A stretch of DNA of 64,000 nt, from contig ADNK01002488.1 of assembly GCA_000320545.1 (NCBI GenBank), positions 24,480 to 88,479 of the forward strand, given 5' to 3'. Origin of the DNA: Bigelowiella natans CCMP2755. Its lineage: Eukaryota > Protista > Cercozoa. The notes under the pieces were generated by a model that had not been told where the DNA came from, ran no database searches, and saw only the letters and a program-made list of their open reading frames with translations. The position numbers and the translations under genes are program-made. Numbering within the stretch: the first letter of the stretch is position 1; each line of letters opens with the position of its first letter. Positions 59,251-64,000 of this stretch are shown here, in pieces.

Positions 59251-59320
<70 letters not shown>

Positions 59321-59479
59321 TTGTGCATATCACTCTGTTTTTTATTCCAATTTTCGAGTTGGTCTCTGAAGTCGCAGTTGCTCATGCATCCTGCTGCTGC
59401 ATGCATCGCATGGCACTTCTATCTGATCTGCAGGGCCGTTTGCTGCTTGTTGGTCGCAGGATTGTTACAATATTGTATG

Positions 59480-59515
<36 letters not shown>

Positions 59516-59932
59516 ACTTGTTGGTCTCACCATCCCTTCCTAGGTCATCATCCAGCAGCAAAAGCTTAAACTAGGTCTTATCGCCACGTTGTCGCACATC
59601 AAGGTACACAACAAACACCAGCAAGAAGGTGTTTCACAACAGCAATAACAACGACGACGAGGAGGAGGAGGGGGAGGATATATACAAACTCGGCAAAAAA
59701 AACCCTCGAGCGTCAGCAGCAGCACCATCCTTTATTCTACAAAACAGCGCCTTACTTACACTGCTTTCTAATACAAAAACTCAAACTACAACAAGAATGA
59801 GTACGGGGTGATGAAGTTCATGCGAGGATTGAAAGCATGCATGGTGCGCGAGGCTGTGTACACTGGAGGGTACTGCTACTAATACTGCTAATACTGCTTT
59901 TGCTGCAATCATATTTGTTTACATATATTCTA

Positions 59933-59979
<47 letters not shown>

Positions 59980-60657
59980 TATATACACATTTATTTGAAT
60001 CGTCTGCGCGAGCGATCGGGAAGTGAAATGTGCCCTTAGTTCCTCCTCTCTTCTCACTTCATCCAGCCCACCACCATCCCAACTTGCAGCTCATGCCACA
60101 GCCTGAGCCTTCAAACGCCCGACCCCCCCCCCCCCTCTCTTCTGAGCATATATCGTATTGGCAGGTACCTCGGCCTTGCCCCTGTACTGAGCGAGCTCCT
60201 TCAACAATCAGGAAATCCGATTTTTGACGGAAATCCGATAGTATCGGCGATTTGCGGCAGCATAGTCGCTGGCGTGACAGCGTCGCTAGTCACGCACCCT
60301 GTAGACACCGCTAAGACAAATCTGCAAGCCGATGTGCTCGGAGTTCAGGTGCGGCGGGCAAGAGGATGAGGGGGGGGGGGGGGGCGCGAAGAGAAGCGGG
60401 GAGTCAATGCATGAAAGCGAGTGAGGAAGATAGGAGGGAGAGGATGATGAGCGATGAGAGAAGGGCTGGGTTTTTATGATTGATGCGTTTTCATCCTGCC
60501 CCCCCCCTTCTCCTCGTTGTCGTTCTTCTCATTCTCATCGGCGTGTTCTTCCATTTAGTACCTGAGCACGAGGCAAGCTATGATTGAGTTGATGGAGGAG
60601 TCAGGCCTCAAGTCACTGTAAGCTGCGCTCGTATGTGTTTGTGTTTGTGTTTGTGTT

Positions 60658-60717
<60 letters not shown>

Positions 60718-60831
60718 TTTCGTTTAAAATCAGTCCTGCAGATTAAGATTATCTTCTCTCCCTTTACTTCATGTTTTCTCAGGTACAAAGGCGGGGTAGC
60801 ACGATGCACGCAGGTGGGGCACCCCATATCT

Positions 60832-60865
<34 letters not shown>

Positions 60866-61227
60866 ATGTATTGTACGTGATTTATGTATAATATCATTTG
60901 TGCTGCTGTTGACCGTACAGGTCAGCGCTGCGGTATTCACGCTCTCCTCTCTCCGTACAATGTAATAGCTGATGAAAGCAACAGCGAATCCCAACAGCCT
61001 ACCCACCATCATCATCACCATCATCACCACCACCACCACCAACATTAAACAACGACGAGAACAACGAGAGGAAGAAGAAGAAGAAGAAGAAGAAGAAGAA
61101 GAAGAAGGATGAGTCGTCCTACCCAGCAGTTGTTATCATTATACACTTGCCATCCGTTGGACGTGAAACCGTCTGTTATGGGACAGCAAATCGAAGGATT
61201 TTCTTATTTGAGAAATATACGCGCGCG

Positions 61228-61271
<44 letters not shown>

Positions 61272-61288
61272 ATGTATATTATATTATA

Positions 61289-61327
<39 letters not shown>

Positions 61328-61508
61328 ATGTGTGTTGAAGCATATCTACCGCGAGCGTCATGAACGTTTTGTTGAAAAGTTTTATTGAAAAGTGCTGATT
61401 GTTGCGCCAATCGGCGTGTGTCCTTTTCCCCTGCTACCACGCACTGACAGGGCCATCGAGTTTAAGAGGGAGAACCTCGGTAGTACAAAGAACGATGCGT
61501 CAAGATAG
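57190..61508 (+). CDS. Mitochondrial carrier family (SLC25) protein with long N-terminal extension, intron-rich
   Basis: Three carrier repeats: GAFAG...MPLATWKYCQQ...WYRG, AGALSALLYGPLDL|VIIQQQ...FMRG, AGVTASLVTHPVDTAKTNLQ...L|YKG. Last exon AIEFKRE...SR*. Confidence 0.85.
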
Positions 61509-61570
61509 AAGGCTATTTAGCGGAGTAAAGAGTCATAACATATATCGTGTATATATTTAAATTCGTATAG

Positions 61571-61608
<38 letters not shown>

Positions 61609-61834
61609 TGTGTGTGTGTTTGTGTGTGTGTGTTTGTGTGTGGTGTGTGCCTGTGCGTCCTAGCGACAAAGTTGTGAATTAATGCCAACAACCAGGTTTT
61701 TTCCCCGGCCAACGTGATAAGCAGCCTGGTGGTAACAGCGAGGGGGGGGGAGAGGTCCCACTCCCAAACCTCATCACAAGTCGCGACGAGGCGACTGCTC
61801 GAGCTGCTTGATGGATGATGAAGTCTGCAAATAT

Positions 61835-61873
<39 letters not shown>

Positions 61874-62253
61874 TACAACAATAGCTCCTACCTTCAAGTC
61901 TCCTCCCCGTGCGGATCTCTTATATCCGGCATCATCTTCTCCTCTTCCTCCTCCTCTTCACCCAGTATTTAACGAATTGCACGTCTCCAAGAGGATGGGC
62001 GTGGTCTCTCTTTACTAACGTCTCCCTTTACGAATCGCAAAGCGATCAAGACGACGATGACGATGACGGGATCGAAACGTCCGCCATATACACGTGTGCA
62101 CCGGGGTGTGGTGGTACCCCACACCAGCGGGCTATATTCCGTGGAAGTGGCCAATCTGTTATGGTTTGCCTCGAATTTTAGAAATTATGTGAGTACGGGC
62201 AAAGCCATACAATTGACAAACGTAACAAAGACATATAACATGAATATATAGAA

Positions 62254-62287
<34 letters not shown>

Positions 62288-63009
62288 ACATAAAATATGC
62301 AATTTTATACATAAATATATACAATTCTATATACATTAATACCAACAGAATTTGAGTCAGAGTCGTATGAGTATGAGGGAAAAGTCTCCCGCAGCATTTC
62401 ACACATTGCATTGTCACTGTTTTACCACATTTCTTTCGAGATGTATGCGATAGGCCATTGTTATGCATGCAATTTCTTATTATGTGTGTGCTCGTTTCCA
62501 ACGTCATATATGAATAACAAAGCACACAAAATGACATTGTTATCTTCAGCATACTTGGCCAAAACTAGAAAAAGAATATTTTGCTAAAAACTAATGCGGT
62601 GCTGCTGTACATGTAGCCTGTTCGCACGCGCCCATGCGCGCGCAAGGATGCACCTTATACGATGCTGTTTAATTGCTTGGTGTTTATTGCACGCAATTTG
62701 GTGTAGTATCCGAGATTAGGCTATATACGGAACATTTGTCACAGCAGCAACAAAGAAAATAATGCGAACAGCTGAGCGATAGCGGTTGAAACTCGTACAC
62801 ATAGCGCAGGCAAGTGTGGCGCACGTACATATATGCATCTCAACGCGTGTACCATTAATCAAGCCATACATGATGTTTGCAAAAAATTCTGAAAGAGCCA
62901 TCTAGCCATGATGCATACCCAGTGGATCAACCACATCTAGATAAAAGCAGATGCTAGCAGGATATTTTTACTCGGTGAAGGCTTCGATTCTTTGCTTGGT
63001 CGCTGGGCG

Positions 63010-63335
63010 CTATTTCGGCGCGACCGCCTTCAAGAACCCAACACATGCATCTTCCAGGAGGTCCAGGACAGTGTCAAACCCCTGGTTCAGCGCAGGAAAA
63101 CAGTCCAATCGATCAACACGTGCTCGGAATTGGATTTACTCACACCATCCAAGACATGCACGAATGAGCCTCATATCATACGTGCGGTACAAGTGCCGCA
63201 ACGGGCACGTTCTAAAATAAGGAAATAACAGGGAAACGAATTGAAAGCGAAGCTTGAGAGCTCTCACCTGAGGACCACCGTAGTAGGGATCGGGAACAGC
63301 AGTGCCTACCAAATCGACTCGATTCAATCAAAAAG

Positions 63336-63398
<63 letters not shown>

Positions 63399-63591
63399 CT
63401 CGATCAAAAAGAATAATGCATAGAAATATCATAGAACTGAGCAGTAGCACCAGTAGCACCAGTACCAGCAGGTACTGGCCCGGATCCGCCCCGTAGTATG
63501 AGCGAGAGGGAAGGGGGAGGGGGGGGGGGGGGTTACCACCAAACAGTGATCGAGCATAGGCTGGATAGTAAAGAGGGAGAGGGAGAGAGAA

Positions 63592-63643
<52 letters not shown>

Positions 63644-63719
63644 ACACCTTTTCTGGCTTCGTCGGAGGTGTAATCCATCATCATCCTTGTCTTTTTCTCT
63701 GCGAGAGACGGGTACTCTC
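63010..63719 (-). CDS. Low-molecular-weight protein tyrosine phosphatase, 3' exons only (5' part beyond the window)
   Basis: Exons 63719-63648, 63305-63268, 63081-63010 give KTRMMMDY...G|TAVPDPYYGGPQ|GFDTVLDLLEDACVGFL; DPYY is the family motif. Confidence 0.88.
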
Positions 63720-63953
63720 CTGCCAAATACAGACAGCGCAACAGACAGCGACGATGATGATTGTAATCCTTTTTGAATCTAAGTAGAGATCGATATATCG
63801 ATGCAGTTGTTGCTCGCGCTCTCAGCTTGTTCTTGCCTCTCGATTTCCCTTGGGACTGCCCTCTCCTGTGGTACTTGTTAATCGCGCTCGTGTTGTGCAT
63901 GCAGCAGCAGTAGTAGTAGTCGTAGTAGTAGCGGTAGCAGTAGTGTAACAGCT

Positions 63954-63998
<45 letters not shown>

Positions 63999-64000
63999 CT

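Noticed and set aside
61660-62200. Possible minus-strand exon fragments between the carrier and LMW-PTP
   Set aside because: Splice-like sites exist but no consistent open frame or family match was found.

Overview
Eukaryotic nuclear DNA: GT-AG introns, standard genetic code, many introns filled with microsatellites. It is most likely a chlorarachniophyte or other rhizarian (inference), based on a GG-S-MQIF ubiquitin junction and bipartite signal+transit leaders. About 16 genes are present: an RRM-PRMT fusion, a Cys-rich type I membrane protein, an orphan repeat protein, an intronless Ubl-RING-H2-ubiquitin protein, ING, PRP8 (no intein), a GT34 glycosyltransferase, a degenerate JmjC protein, a large beta-propeller-like protein, a coiled-coil protein, a MUS81-WH/GRF/HRDC/DUF5710 protein, a TPT-family transporter, MnmG/MTO1, an SLC25 carrier, an LMW-PTP 3' end and a decayed gene at the left edge. 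Top observations: (1) islands downstream of gene 3' ends in which TpA survives almost only inside CTAG while CpG is kept, suggesting a regional TpA-directed DNA modification or mutation system; (2) a potentially conjugatable RING E3 ligase; (3) an in-frame fossil AZUL domain behind a stop codon; (4) a head-to-head pair of mitochondrial-type proteins with plastid-type leaders. Exon structures and counts were made by hand and are approximate.
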